In this document: one piece after another, positions 40,339 through 49,392 of the stretch
How positions within the stretch are numbered: the stretch's first letter is position 1
Layout: each line of letters opens with the position of its first letter
DNA from: Trueperaceae bacterium
GTDB taxonomy: Bacteria > Deinococcota > Deinococci > Deinococcales > Trueperaceae
Length of the DNA stretch: 64,000 bases
Reading direction: 5' to 3'
NCBI GenBank assembly: GCA_965213925.1
Contig: OZ243927.1
Coordinates: 3,712,001-3,776,000, forward strand
Notes under the pieces: generated by a model
Database searches by the model: none
Seen by the model: only the letters and a program-made list of their open reading frames with translations
What the model was told of the DNA's origin: nothing
Program-made: the position numbers and the translations under genes

Positions 40339-40832
40339 GTGCTCTCCGAATTCGTGCTCAGTAAAACGGTGCAAACGCGGGTCAGGGCGTGTAACTCGTT
40401 TTCGCTCAGTGAGGTGAGCTTCTCTCCGTAGAGCGCGTGCAGCCTGGCGCTGAGTTGTTCTCTTAAAGCGTCGCCTCGCTCGGTTAGCCCCAAGCGGGTG
40501 CGGCGGTGGTCGTCGGGGTCGAGCCGCCTTGTCAAGAGGTCGCGCGCTTCTAGGTTGCGCAGCAGGATTGACACAGCGGGCGCAGACGTGCCGAGCGCGT
40601 CGGCTAGGTTTTTGGGATGCGGGTCTTTAGGATGAGGAGAGCCGCGTGCGAGGTAGTCGAGGGCGAACGCCTCGAGGGGTCTGAGTTCCAACGCCGAGAA
40701 GACCGCCTCAGCCTCGCGCTTAAAGCTCCACAAGAGGCGAAACGAGTGGGTTTGAAGGTGCGTTAGCATGGTCTCGCGTGATTCGGGGCGGACGTGGGGT
40801 CTTTCCAAAGTCTGGTTCATACTCTGGAGCAT
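40335..40832 (-). CDS. MarR family transcriptional regulator
   Basis: LEARDLLTRRLDPDDHRRTRLGLTERG. Confidence 0.88.
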   Translation of the reverse strand: MLQSMNQTLERPHVRPESRETMLTHLQTHSFRLLWSFKREAEAVFSALELRPLEAFALDYLARGSPHPKDPHPKNLADALGTSAPAVSILLRNLEARDLLTRRLDPDDHRRTRLGLTERGDALREQLSARLHALYGEKLTSLSENELHALTRVCTVLLSTNSEST

Positions 40833-40907
40833 GACGGCGCTCGTTCAAGGGTTCTTTAGTGTTTCTTAAAGATTTTGTGAAGAGGAAATAATTACCTGAA
40901 ATGAAGC

Positions 40908-40941
40908 AAAAAAGAAGGCTGACCTTTCAATAAGGTCAGCC
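40908..40941 (-). terminator. Intrinsic terminator
   Basis: Minus strand ggctgacctt-attga-aaggtcagcc followed by ttctttttt. Confidence 0.75.
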
Positions 40942-41018
40942 CGGAGGAGGGAGGAGCGGGGGTTGGGGAGTGCTTTGCAACATATCCTGAGATGAATTGT
41001 CGCAGGTCTCACCGCGTA

Positions 41019-41095
41019 GCGAGATTTCATCTCTGAATGTGCGTACTCACCGATGTTCTTTTCAGTGAGGTCGTTTGTGACCAGATGATACCTGC
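41019..41095 (-). mobile_element. 76-bp element copy C
   Basis: Reverse complement gcaggtatcatctggtcac...gagtacgcacattcagagatgaaatctcgc. It begins at the stop codon of the adjacent gene. Confidence 0.8.
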
Positions 41096-41568
41096 TAGTT
41101 ACGCTGCGCCAACTGCACCGATACGTCTGGGCTAGTCCGCTCTAACTGCGCTAACATCTCGGGGTTGTCAGCGACCTCTTCTAACATCTCGCCCAAGGTC
41201 ATGGCGTCGTCGCGGTCTACGTCGTCAATATCTAGGTAGATGGAGTTCTTGCTCGAGCCGCCGGAGAACGTTTCGACGGTATAGACCTCGCCGTCAATCT
41301 CTATGGTGACGTACTTGACGGTTTCGTCGTCTTCACCTGTACCGACGAGTCTCTTGGCGACGGCTCCGTCGCCCATCTCCGCTGTGGCGAGCATGTTGCC
41401 GAACTCGGCGGGGTCGCCGTCATAGAGCGTGACGGTGGCGAAGTCGCTGGGGTTGCCGGGCGAGAAGACGAAATTTTGCACAGTGTCTTGTGCAGTGTTT
41501 TGTGCGGTGGCAACGCCTCCTACGAGAACGGCTCCAGCTAAGGTGAGGGCTAGGGTGGCTCTTCTCAT
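41095..41568 (-). CDS. Secreted acidic hypothetical protein
   Basis: Signal peptide MRRATLALTLAGAVLVGGVATA; divergent from the two-component system. Confidence 0.75.
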   Translation of the reverse strand: MRRATLALTLAGAVLVGGVATAQNTAQDTVQNFVFSPGNPSDFATVTLYDGDPAEFGNMLATAEMGDGAVAKRLVGTGEDDETVKYVTIEIDGEVYTVETFSGGSSKNSIYLDIDDVDRDDAMTLGEMLEEVADNPEMLAQLERTSPDVSVQLAQRN

Positions 41569-41866
41569 GATCTCTTCCTTTCTCAAGCGGCTCTATTTCA
41601 TTTCGTTCTGTACCGCTTGTTATGCTCTACATCATGCTCGCGCCGCAGCAAGAGACCGTTCAGAGAAGGTGAACGTTTGGTGAACCTTGTGCTTCGTGCG
41701 AAACTTCGAGCGTTTACACCTCGCACACGGCGAAAGAAGAGGTTCGCGTGGCTGTAAAATCGGTTAAAAAGCCACTGATCTTTGCGAAATCTTGATACTT
41801 ACTGCCTAACTTCGCTCTATGAATGCACTGACGAAACCCCGAACGAAACCGCGTACAATGGGCGCT

Positions 41867-42538
41867 ATGGCGCTCGTACTCGTGGTGGAGGATGAACCGG
41901 AAATCGCCGAACTCTTAGAGGATTATCTGCGCGGCAGCGGCTACCGCACCGAGCGAGCGAGAGACGGCAAGGAGGCGCTGACGCTTTTCCGGGCGGCTCG
42001 CCCCGACCTCATCTTGCTCGACATCGCCTTGCCGGAATTGGACGGCACCGAAGTCTTGAAGCGGGTGCGCCAGGAGAGCACGGTGCCCGTTATTATGCTG
42101 ACCGCGAAAGCTGAGGAGATCGACAAAATCGTCGGTTTAGAACTCGGCGCGGATGACTATGTGACCAAACCCTTTAGACCGAGAGAGGTCATGGCACGGA
42201 TTAAAGCGGCGCTGCGCCGCGCCCACATGGGCGAGCCGGACAGCGCCCCCTTGCGCGTCGGACCTTTAGAGATCGACCCTATGCAAGCCGTTACAACCGC
42301 GCACGGCGAGCCTCTCACGCTCACCGCTACCGAGTTTCGTCTGCTCCACCACCTCGCCCTACACGAGGGACGCATCTTTGACCGCGCCGAACTCTTAGAG
42401 GCGGTGCTGCCCGAAAGCGACGCTTTGGAGCGCGTCATCGACGTGCATGTTGGCAACTTGCGCAAGAAGCTTTACGCGCATGAGGTCAGCCACATGCTCC
42501 AGACGGTGCGCGGGATGGGCTTTCGGCTAGCAGGATGA
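41867..42538 (+). CDS. OmpR-family response regulator
   Basis: VVEDE, LLDI, GADDYVTKPF and TVRGMG motifs. TACAAT shortly before ATG. Confidence 0.93.
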   Translation: MALVLVVEDEPEIAELLEDYLRGSGYRTERARDGKEALTLFRAARPDLILLDIALPELDGTEVLKRVRQESTVPVIMLTAKAEEIDKIVGLELGADDYVTKPFRPREVMARIKAALRRAHMGEPDSAPLRVGPLEIDPMQAVTTAHGEPLTLTATEFRLLHHLALHEGRIFDRAELLEAVLPESDALERVIDVHVGNLRKKLYAHEVSHMLQTVRGMGFRLAG

Positions 42539-42557
42539 GACGCGAGAGGAACGCAAA

Positions 42558-43772
42558 GTGAAGATATCAGGGTCGAGCCTCAGGGTGCGCATTGCTACAC
42601 TCTGCACGTTCTGTATCGTGCTGACAATGGCATTTACGCTCATTGTACAAGGTCTCTACTTCGAGCGCACTTTAGAACAGTTCAACCCTGCCATGCGCGA
42701 GGTGATGGGAGTTATCGCGCGTTCAGACCGCTCGAGCCTGAGTGATGAAGTCAGGTACAGTTTGCTCCTAGACGCTTTAGAGCGGACCGTAGCGAGCGAA
42801 CAGGAGACGAGGCAGTTCGCCGCCAACCTCAGCGCCATCGAGAGCGACCAGAAGCGCATCCCGCGCCTCGCCGCGCTGCTCAGTTTGCCCATCGCCCTGC
42901 TCATCAGCTTCGTCGCGTCGGGCTTCGTCGTTGGACCCATTCGGCGCGTGTCGGCGGCGGCGGCGCAGATTGCCGGAGGTGACCTTAGCGCTAGGGCGGT
43001 GCTCCCCGATTTTCCCCCTAACGCGGGCGAACTCGAGGGGCTCACGAGGAACTTCAACCGGATGGCGGAGGCTTTAGAAAGGCTCGAGCGCGAGCGCCAA
43101 AGCATGATTGCCAACGCCGCGCATGAACTCCGCACGCCCTTAACCATCCTGCAAGGACAGATCGACGCGATGCGCGAAGGGGTGCGCCCCCTCGACGACG
43201 CTTCGCTCGCACGCTTGGATAGGCAGACGCAGCTTTTAGCGCGGCTCGTGCAGGATTTGCGGACGCTCTCGCTCGCAGAAGCGGGCAGACTCTCGCTCGA
43301 CGTGCGGACACTGGACGCGGCTAGGTTCGCCGAGCGCGTCGGCGCGAGCTTTAGTGAACGGGCGGCAGAAAGGTCAATTCACCTCTCGTTCGTGTCGGAA
43401 TTACCCGGACCGTCCGCAGAGGCGGGCGTCACAGCGGACCCAGACAGGCTCGAGCAAATCCTCTCCAACTTGCTTAGCAACGCGCTCCAGCACACGCCCG
43501 CCGGGGGTAAGGTCACGCTCAGCGTTGCACGCTGCCAAGCGCAAATCGCGTTTACCGTCGAGGATACTGGGCCGGGGCTAACGAGTGAGGTCTTAGCGCG
43601 CGTCTTCGACCGCTACTACCGGGCGAGTGGCGGCGTCGCCAGCGGGAGCGGGCTGGGGCTGGCTATCTCGAGCGCTTTAGTCGCGCTTCATGGAGGAAGC
43701 GTCGAGGTGGAGAACGCCGCTGGGGGCGGGGCGGTGTTCCGGGTTCTCTTGCCGAGTGTGCCATCCGCTTAG
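42558..43772 (+). CDS. HAMP-domain sensor histidine kinase (BaeS-like)
   Basis: AHELRTPL, NLLSNA, DTGPG and GSGLGL motifs. Confidence 0.93.
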   Translation: MKISGSSLRVRIATLCTFCIVLTMAFTLIVQGLYFERTLEQFNPAMREVMGVIARSDRSSLSDEVRYSLLLDALERTVASEQETRQFAANLSAIESDQKRIPRLAALLSLPIALLISFVASGFVVGPIRRVSAAAAQIAGGDLSARAVLPDFPPNAGELEGLTRNFNRMAEALERLERERQSMIANAAHELRTPLTILQGQIDAMREGVRPLDDASLARLDRQTQLLARLVQDLRTLSLAEAGRLSLDVRTLDAARFAERVGASFSERAAERSIHLSFVSELPGPSAEAGVTADPDRLEQILSNLLSNALQHTPAGGKVTLSVARCQAQIAFTVEDTGPGLTSEVLARVFDRYYRASGGVASGSGLGLAISSALVALHGGSVEVENAAGGGAVFRVLLPSVPSA

Positions 43773-43787
43773 ACCAGCCTCGGGTCC

Positions 43788-44858
43788 TTAGTCCACGGGC
43801 ACGGAAATCTGCCACACGGGAACGAAGGAGTAGCGGAGGTTGCTCATCTCCGGCACGACGCTATTGTAGTCGTAGAGGACGCTAAAGCCTAGGGTCGGCG
43901 TCCAATCACCGAAATTTGCGCCGCCCAGCCTCAGCGCAGCGCTGAGCCCCACCGTCGCCCTACGCCCGCGCTCAAAGTCGGGCGTGAAGTAGCGGCTATC
44001 GATGCGCTCGGTCACCGCGAACGCTTGCAGGGCGAGGGGAGCGGCGTCGTAGGTCAGACCTTGAAGGAGCCCCGCCGAACGCTCGAGGGTAGTGACCTCC
44101 ATACTCGGTCCGACGAAGTAACTGAGCGACCCTAAGCGACCCTCGAGCAGCGCACTCCCGCCTAAACCGCCGTAGAAGGTCGCCTCGCCGACCGCGTCGA
44201 AGTCGGGCGAGCCGATGACGCCGTGCCACATGTTTTGCAGCGGACCGCCGATCTCTTCCGGCGCGTCGACGCCGGTCTGCACCTGAGCGCTGAGCCGCGC
44301 GCTCAGCCCCGCACCGAGCGGGACGCGGCGCACGAGTTGGTGCTCCAAGTAGAGCGGATAGTGGTACGTCCCCGGCGACTCACAGCAGCGTTCTTCTCCC
44401 TCCGGAGAGAGATAAAACACCTGCTTAGGCGTCACCATCTCGAACTTGATCGCCGTATTGAGCGCGGACGCACCTCCGAGCGGGCGCGTGTAGAGCAGCT
44501 CGAGAAACTGGCTCAGCCCCTTATCTGAGAACATTATGTCATTTTCGGCGAGCGAGATTTTGAAGCGGCGGCGCTTAAAGGGCGTATTCGCCCCTTGCAA
44601 CGCGGCGTTCACGCCCGTCCCTGGCGGCGTCACCTCGGGCTGCACAAGAAGACCGTCAAGAGGCTCGGGAGTAAAGCGAGGCATCTTCTCCGACGCTTCC
44701 AGACTATTTTGCGTTGATGCCACCGACTGAACGTCTTCTTCCGGCGAAGCCGCGCCCCACGACACTACGCATATCAGCACGTACGTTAGCAAGATGCGCG
44801 ACAGGGTGACGCCGCTCAAGGTCGCGCGAGGAAACAGAACGCGCCGCGCCCGTTTCAT
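43788..44858 (-). CDS. Putative outer-membrane beta-barrel, LpxR/DUF2219-like
   Basis: AENDIMFSDKG, MVTP and LQNMWHGVIG motifs; amphipathic beta strands. Start uncertain. Confidence 0.5.
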   Translation of the reverse strand: MKRARRVLFPRATLSGVTLSRILLTYVLICVVSWGAASPEEDVQSVASTQNSLEASEKMPRFTPEPLDGLLVQPEVTPPGTGVNAALQGANTPFKRRRFKISLAENDIMFSDKGLSQFLELLYTRPLGGASALNTAIKFEMVTPKQVFYLSPEGEERCCESPGTYHYPLYLEHQLVRRVPLGAGLSARLSAQVQTGVDAPEEIGGPLQNMWHGVIGSPDFDAVGEATFYGGLGGSALLEGRLGSLSYFVGPSMEVTTLERSAGLLQGLTYDAAPLALQAFAVTERIDSRYFTPDFERGRRATVGLSAALRLGGANFGDWTPTLGFSVLYDYNSVVPEMSNLRYSFVPVWQISVPVD

Positions 44859-45099
44859 CTTCTGAACGCGGGGACACTCATCACGTTGCGCCGCAACTTT
44901 CATGCTTTCAGGATGAGCGCCGACTCTATAGATGCGGCTAAAGGTTCGTCAAGATTCGCACAAGAGGTGTGGCGGCACCGTTCCGGCGAACCTTCGCGGC
45001 GCCTCGAGGCTTGCAAGAAGCGCTTAGAATGTCGCGGCGGGGTTTGAGGCGCAGCGCGCAGCTACACGGCGCAGGGTTTCACGTGCTACAATCATCTCT

Positions 45100-45574
45100 T
45101 GCGGTGAGAGGAACCTGGTCGCGGCCTTGCCGGGCAACTGGCTTGGCTGAGGAAAGTCCGGGCTCCGCAGGGCAGGGTGCCAGGTAACGCCTGGGCGTGT
45201 AAGGCGACGGCAAGTGCAGCAGAAAGGAAACAGCTTGGAGGTATCATCTTCGAACAGACGCAACGGGCGTCATTAGCGTGACAAGCCAGCGTCGTAGTAG
45301 GTGATGATACCTCCAAGCTACGTTGAAACGGTGCGGTAAGAGCGCACCAGTGCCCTTGGCAACAAGGGCAGCTAGGTAAACCCCACCCGGTGCAAGGTCC
45401 GATAGGGAGAAAGAGCTTGCCCGGCTCGCTAACATCTCCGGGTTGACCGCTCGAGGCGCTTGGCGACAAGCGTCCCAGATAGATGACCAGGCAGCTCCGC
45501 GAGGTTCATCTCAGAGCGATGCTCTATAGATGCGACTAGGAGTGAACAGGACCCGGCTTATCACCTCTCCCGCA
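45100..45574 (+). ncRNA. rnpB: RNase P RNA (type A) with extended P12 and P19
   Basis: GAGGAAAGTCCGGGCTCC, AGTGCAGCAGAAAG, GGTGCGGTAAGAGCGCACC, GGTAAACCCCACCCGGTGCAAGG and AACAGGACCCGGCTTAT. TACAAT upstream. Confidence 0.95.
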
Positions 45575-45584
45575 CTATCTTTTT

Positions 45585-45618
45585 AGACAGGCGCTACACT
45601 GCGCCTGTCTTTCTTTTT
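45585..45618 (+). terminator. rnpB terminator
   Basis: agacaggcgc-tacact-gcgcctgtct followed by ttcttttt. Confidence 0.85.
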
Positions 45619-45897
45619 GAGGTCCTTCTAAAAGTTGACCGAACAATGTAAAAAATTTTACATCGGCTTAGGTCTTGGTTGTGTGAGTCGGTATTCTCGC
45701 ACCGAGGGGTCGCGGTGGGTGGAACGGGGGGAGCGGGTGGGGAAGAGCCAACTTAGAGCCGACTACGTTCCAGAGAAACCCCGTGCTAGACTATAAAAAG
45801 CTACCTTTTCACGGCGCACTACCCCCTTCCCACTCGCGCTGCCCGAAGCTTCCAAGTGGAGCGCAGGTGGGAGAAAAACTAGAAAACAGGCGCAACA

Positions 45898-45948
45898 GTG
45901 GGTGAGAGGTGGGGACTTGTGGGAATTTGTGGAGAAGTGTGTTACACT
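45898..45948 (+). promoter_or_regulatory. MraZ-binding GTGGG repeats over the dcw promoter
   Basis: GTGGG/GTGGA at 45898, 45909, 45919 and 45929 (about 10-bp period), followed by TACACT. Confidence 0.8.
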
Positions 45949-46038
45949 TCACTCCATAGGCTAAGTCCCTGCGTCACACTCTTTTGACGGTTTGACGCTG
46001 AACCTGGACTCTGCACTTAGGTGGGAGTGTCGTGGAAG

Positions 46039-46467
46039 ATGCCGTTTGGCGAATTTCAATACTCGGTAGACGACAAAGGTCGGGTCATCGTCCCACCTTC
46101 CTTTCGCGACTTCGTCACCGACGGCATGATCGTAACGCGCGGCATGGAAGGTTGCTTGTACGTCTTCCCGCTCACCAAATGGAACGCCATCGAGAGCGAG
46201 CTGAGCAACCTCTCCATCACCGACGCAAAATCAAGAGGCTTCGTGCGCTTTTTCTACTCGGGGGCGTCCAAAGCCAAAATCGACTCGGCGGGGCGCATCA
46301 CGATTCCCGCTACGCTCCGAAGTTTCGCCTCGCTGGAAAACAACGTCCGCATCGCGGGTTTTCCCAACCGCTTAGAGATTTGGGACGAAGCGAAGTGGGA
46401 AGAGAACATCAGCGCCGTGCAGAACCAACCCGACGCCCCAGAAGCGCTGTTGGAACTCGTCGGATGA
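46039..46467 (+). CDS. mraZ: Transcriptional regulator MraZ
   Basis: DDKGRVIVP, DSAGRITIP and LEIWD motifs. Confidence 0.95.
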   Translation: MPFGEFQYSVDDKGRVIVPPSFRDFVTDGMIVTRGMEGCLYVFPLTKWNAIESELSNLSITDAKSRGFVRFFYSGASKAKIDSAGRITIPATLRSFASLENNVRIAGFPNRLEIWDEAKWEENISAVQNQPDAPEALLELVG

Positions 46468-47423
46468 GCGACGCACAACCGAATCAGCCCCACATCCCTG
46501 TCATGTTACGCGAGTGTTTAGAAGGTTTAGATATCCGCAGAGGTCACGTCTATATCGACGGAACCTTCGGCGCGGGCGGGCACAGCCAAGCGATTTTAGA
46601 CGCGGGCGGCTCGGTTTTAGGGATTGATAGAGACGAGAAAGCCCTGACCTTCGCCAATCAACTGAACGTCCCCGAGGCACAAACCTTCACCTTCGCACGC
46701 GGCAATTTTCGCAACCTGGACGAGCACGCAAAAGAGGCCGACCTCTTCCCCGTTTCGGGTATCCTGCTCGACCTAGGCGTGTCCTCGATGCAACTCGACG
46801 AGGCGGAGCGCGGCTTCGCGTTTCGGCAGGCTGGACCGCTTGACATGCGTATGGGCGGTGACGGTGAATCGGCGGCGGACGTGGTGAATACCTATCCGCA
46901 AGACGAGCTAGCTGCCATCATTTTCAAGTACGGCGAAGAGCGGCATAGTCGGCGCATCGCAAGGCGCATCGTTGAGACTAGGGACGCCAACCCCATCCAA
47001 ACGACACAAGCTTTAGCGGACGTCATCCAGCGTGCCTACCCTGGCGGCGGTTACAGACGTGACCACCCGGCGCGGCGCACCTTTCAAGCCTTGCGCATCT
47101 TCGTCAATGACGAACTCGGCGCGTTAGAGGACGCGCTCTTTGCTGCCGAGCGGACGCTCGCCCCAGGTGGGCGGCTGGTGGTGCTCTCCTATCATTCTTT
47201 AGAAGACCGCATCGTCAAACACTTCGTCAGGGGGAGCGGCGTACTCACACCGCTGACCAAACGCCCGTTGACGGCGAGTGACGAGGAGATAGAGGCGAAT
47301 CCCAGGGCTAGGAGTGCCAAACTCCGCGTCGCCGTTCGTAACGAAGATGCAACTAAAGACTTGCGCAGAGATTCAACCGATGAAAGTAAAGACCTCTCCC
47401 CTACCCCTTCGGAGATTTTATGA
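46464..47423 (+). CDS. rsmH: 16S rRNA m4C1402 methyltransferase
   Basis: HIPVM, DGTFGAGGHS, DLGVSSMQLD and YHSLEDRIVK motifs. Confidence 0.95.
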   Translation: MSDAQPNQPHIPVMLRECLEGLDIRRGHVYIDGTFGAGGHSQAILDAGGSVLGIDRDEKALTFANQLNVPEAQTFTFARGNFRNLDEHAKEADLFPVSGILLDLGVSSMQLDEAERGFAFRQAGPLDMRMGGDGESAADVVNTYPQDELAAIIFKYGEERHSRRIARRIVETRDANPIQTTQALADVIQRAYPGGGYRRDHPARRTFQALRIFVNDELGALEDALFAAERTLAPGGRLVVLSYHSLEDRIVKHFVRGSGVLTPLTKRPLTASDEEIEANPRARSAKLRVAVRNEDATKDLRRDSTDESKDLSPTPSEIL

Positions 47424-47740
47424 CCAAACGGAGCCAAAGCTTACTCACGCTCTACCTCGCGCTCATCCTCGCGCTCGCCGCGCTGGGCGCGTACAACCAG
47501 GACCGCCACCGCTTACACTATTCGCTTTTAGAGACCAAACGCGCCCTTCAGTACGAACTGAGCGACTTGCGCAGCGAAGCCGCGCAGGTGCAAGGACCCT
47601 TGGCAGTGCGCCGCTGGGCGCTCTCACACGGCATGATCTCGTCGCCCGAAGGCGCGGAAGCGACTGAAATTGCGCCCGCGCCCGTTCCCGAACCCGACTC
47701 CCCCGAAGAAGGCTTGGAGGTCCGTACGATATGGCGGTAA
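47420..47740 (+). CDS. ftsL: Cell division protein FtsL-like
   Basis: One TM segment plus coiled coil; canonical position between rsmH and the PBP gene. Confidence 0.7.
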   Translation: MTKRSQSLLTLYLALILALAALGAYNQDRHRLHYSLLETKRALQYELSDLRSEAAQVQGPLAVRRWALSHGMISSPEGAEATEIAPAPVPEPDSPEEGLEVRTIWR

Positions 47741-49230
47741 GAGACACGCGGACGCGGCTGTCGTCAAAAGGTCAAACGCAACCGAAAAACCCTCGTAAGG
47801 ATAAAAAGGTTGCCGCTTACAAGAAGCAGCCGGAAGACCCCGCGCCGCAGCTTCGCCTCCACAAGCGTGCGCTCTTTCTCGTCCTGCTCGCGCTCCCTCT
47901 CCTACTAGCCTTGGGCGGCTTCGTCCGTTTGCAAGCCAAAGCGCCCGATTTGCCCGCCGCGCTCACTGAGGAGCCGAGGCGCGGGCTCATTCAAACGAGA
48001 GACGGGACGATCCTCGCTGAGGGCGCAGTCGAACACCGCCGCTACCCCGAAGGGCGGCTCGCCGCGCACGTCGTCGGCTTTAGCGGCGCGGTGCAGCCCG
48101 ACGGACGTTACGGGTTGGAGGGGCTCGAGTACGCCCTCGACGCCCGCTTGCAAGCGGGCGAAGACGTCACGCTGACCTTGGAGCCGAGCCTTCAAGCCAT
48201 CGCCCAAGCCGAACTCCGCAAAGCGGCGCGGACCTTTGGGGCGGAGAACGGCGCGCTGGTGATGCTCGAGGCGAAGACAGGGCGCGTCCTAGCTGCCGCC
48301 TCCTACCCCGAATTCGATCCTAAAAGACAAGGTCAGGTCGAAGAGCGCGGCATCATCAGCAACCGCGCCTTTTTGCAGCAGGTCGAGCCGGGCTCGACGA
48401 TGAAGCCTTTTATCGTCGCGGCGCTCATGGAAGCGGGACGGCTCGAGGCGGACGAAACGCTGGAGGTCGGACCTTACATGCGCGTCGGCACCCAGGACTT
48501 CCGCGACGTGTCTTCGCACGACCCGGTTTTGAACATCCCCGATATCTTACGAGTCTCAAGTAACGTCGGCATGATCAAACTCGGGGAGCGCTTCTCCTCG
48601 GAGGAGTTGTCCTCCTGGATGTACCACTTCGGCTTTGGGCGCGACGTCGGCTTGAAGACGGCGTACACCCGTGACGGACGCATCAACCCGTGGCAGAACT
48701 GGGTGCCGCAAGACCACGCCTCGGCGACCATCGGGCAGAGCGTCTCGACGACGGCCCTACAACTCGCCGCCGCCTACAGCATCTTCGCAAACGACGGCGT
48801 CTTTGTCCCGCCGCAGCTTTTAGAGGACGAAGTCACCTTCGAAGAGGTCGAAGGCGAACCCGTGCGCACGGGCGCGGTGCGGGTGATTTCCTCGAGCACC
48901 GCGCAAAGCGTCAAAGACATGCTCGTCTACACGGTGGAGAATAGCGGGCTCAGCGTCGCTAAGATTCCCGGCGTTAAAGTGGCGGGCAAGTCGGGCACGG
49001 CGGACGTCTTCGACAACGAAAAAGGCGAGTACATCAAAGCGGGAACGCTCCTCTTCGCGGGGATGTTCCCAGCGGATAACCCTCGCGTGACCACCGTTGT
49101 GTACTTGCAAAAACCCAAAGAAGAGAGTCTCAGCACCTACGTCGCCGCGCCCGTCTTTCGGGCAGTCGGCAGCGAGACCGTCGCCCTTTGGGGGCTGCCG
49201 CCAAAACCCGGTCAGGTCGCGGGGCAATAG
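47731..49230 (+). CDS. ftsI: Penicillin-binding protein (FtsI-like transpeptidase)
   Basis: EPGSTMK, SSN and KSGTA motifs. Confidence 0.9.
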   Translation: MAVRDTRTRLSSKGQTQPKNPRKDKKVAAYKKQPEDPAPQLRLHKRALFLVLLALPLLLALGGFVRLQAKAPDLPAALTEEPRRGLIQTRDGTILAEGAVEHRRYPEGRLAAHVVGFSGAVQPDGRYGLEGLEYALDARLQAGEDVTLTLEPSLQAIAQAELRKAARTFGAENGALVMLEAKTGRVLAAASYPEFDPKRQGQVEERGIISNRAFLQQVEPGSTMKPFIVAALMEAGRLEADETLEVGPYMRVGTQDFRDVSSHDPVLNIPDILRVSSNVGMIKLGERFSSEELSSWMYHFGFGRDVGLKTAYTRDGRINPWQNWVPQDHASATIGQSVSTTALQLAAAYSIFANDGVFVPPQLLEDEVTFEEVEGEPVRTGAVRVISSSTAQSVKDMLVYTVENSGLSVAKIPGVKVAGKSGTADVFDNEKGEYIKAGTLLFAGMFPADNPRVTTVVYLQKPKEESLSTYVAAPVFRAVGSETVALWGLPPKPGQVAGQ

Positions 49231-49277
49231 AGGTATAGTGTCCTCTATGGGTCAGAACGTGATACAGCATACGAACA

Positions 49278-49353
49278 GCAGGTATCATCTGGTCAAATAC
49301 GCTCTTAGTTTAGAAGGGCTTGATCAGAACGCACGTTCGGAGATGATGCTTGC
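49278..49353 (+). mobile_element. 76-bp element copy D
   Basis: gcaggtatcatctggtca...aacgcacgttcggagatgatgcttgc. Confidence 0.75.
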
Positions 49354-49392
49354 GGAGAAGCACTGCGGTAATAAGGGAGGGAACGCCGCGCT

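Noticed and set aside
40610..40640. PHPK duplication in MarR
   Set aside because: A short in-frame duplication in a loop with no sign of function.
45024..45469. Several ORFs in the track over 45.0-45.5 kb
   Set aside because: They overlap RNase P RNA and have no protein motifs.
46032..46463. Long N-terminal extension of RsmH in the ORF track
   Set aside because: Shadow of mraZ; the real start is ATG 46464. The same applies to the extensions of murD, ftsQ and the metallophosphoesterase.
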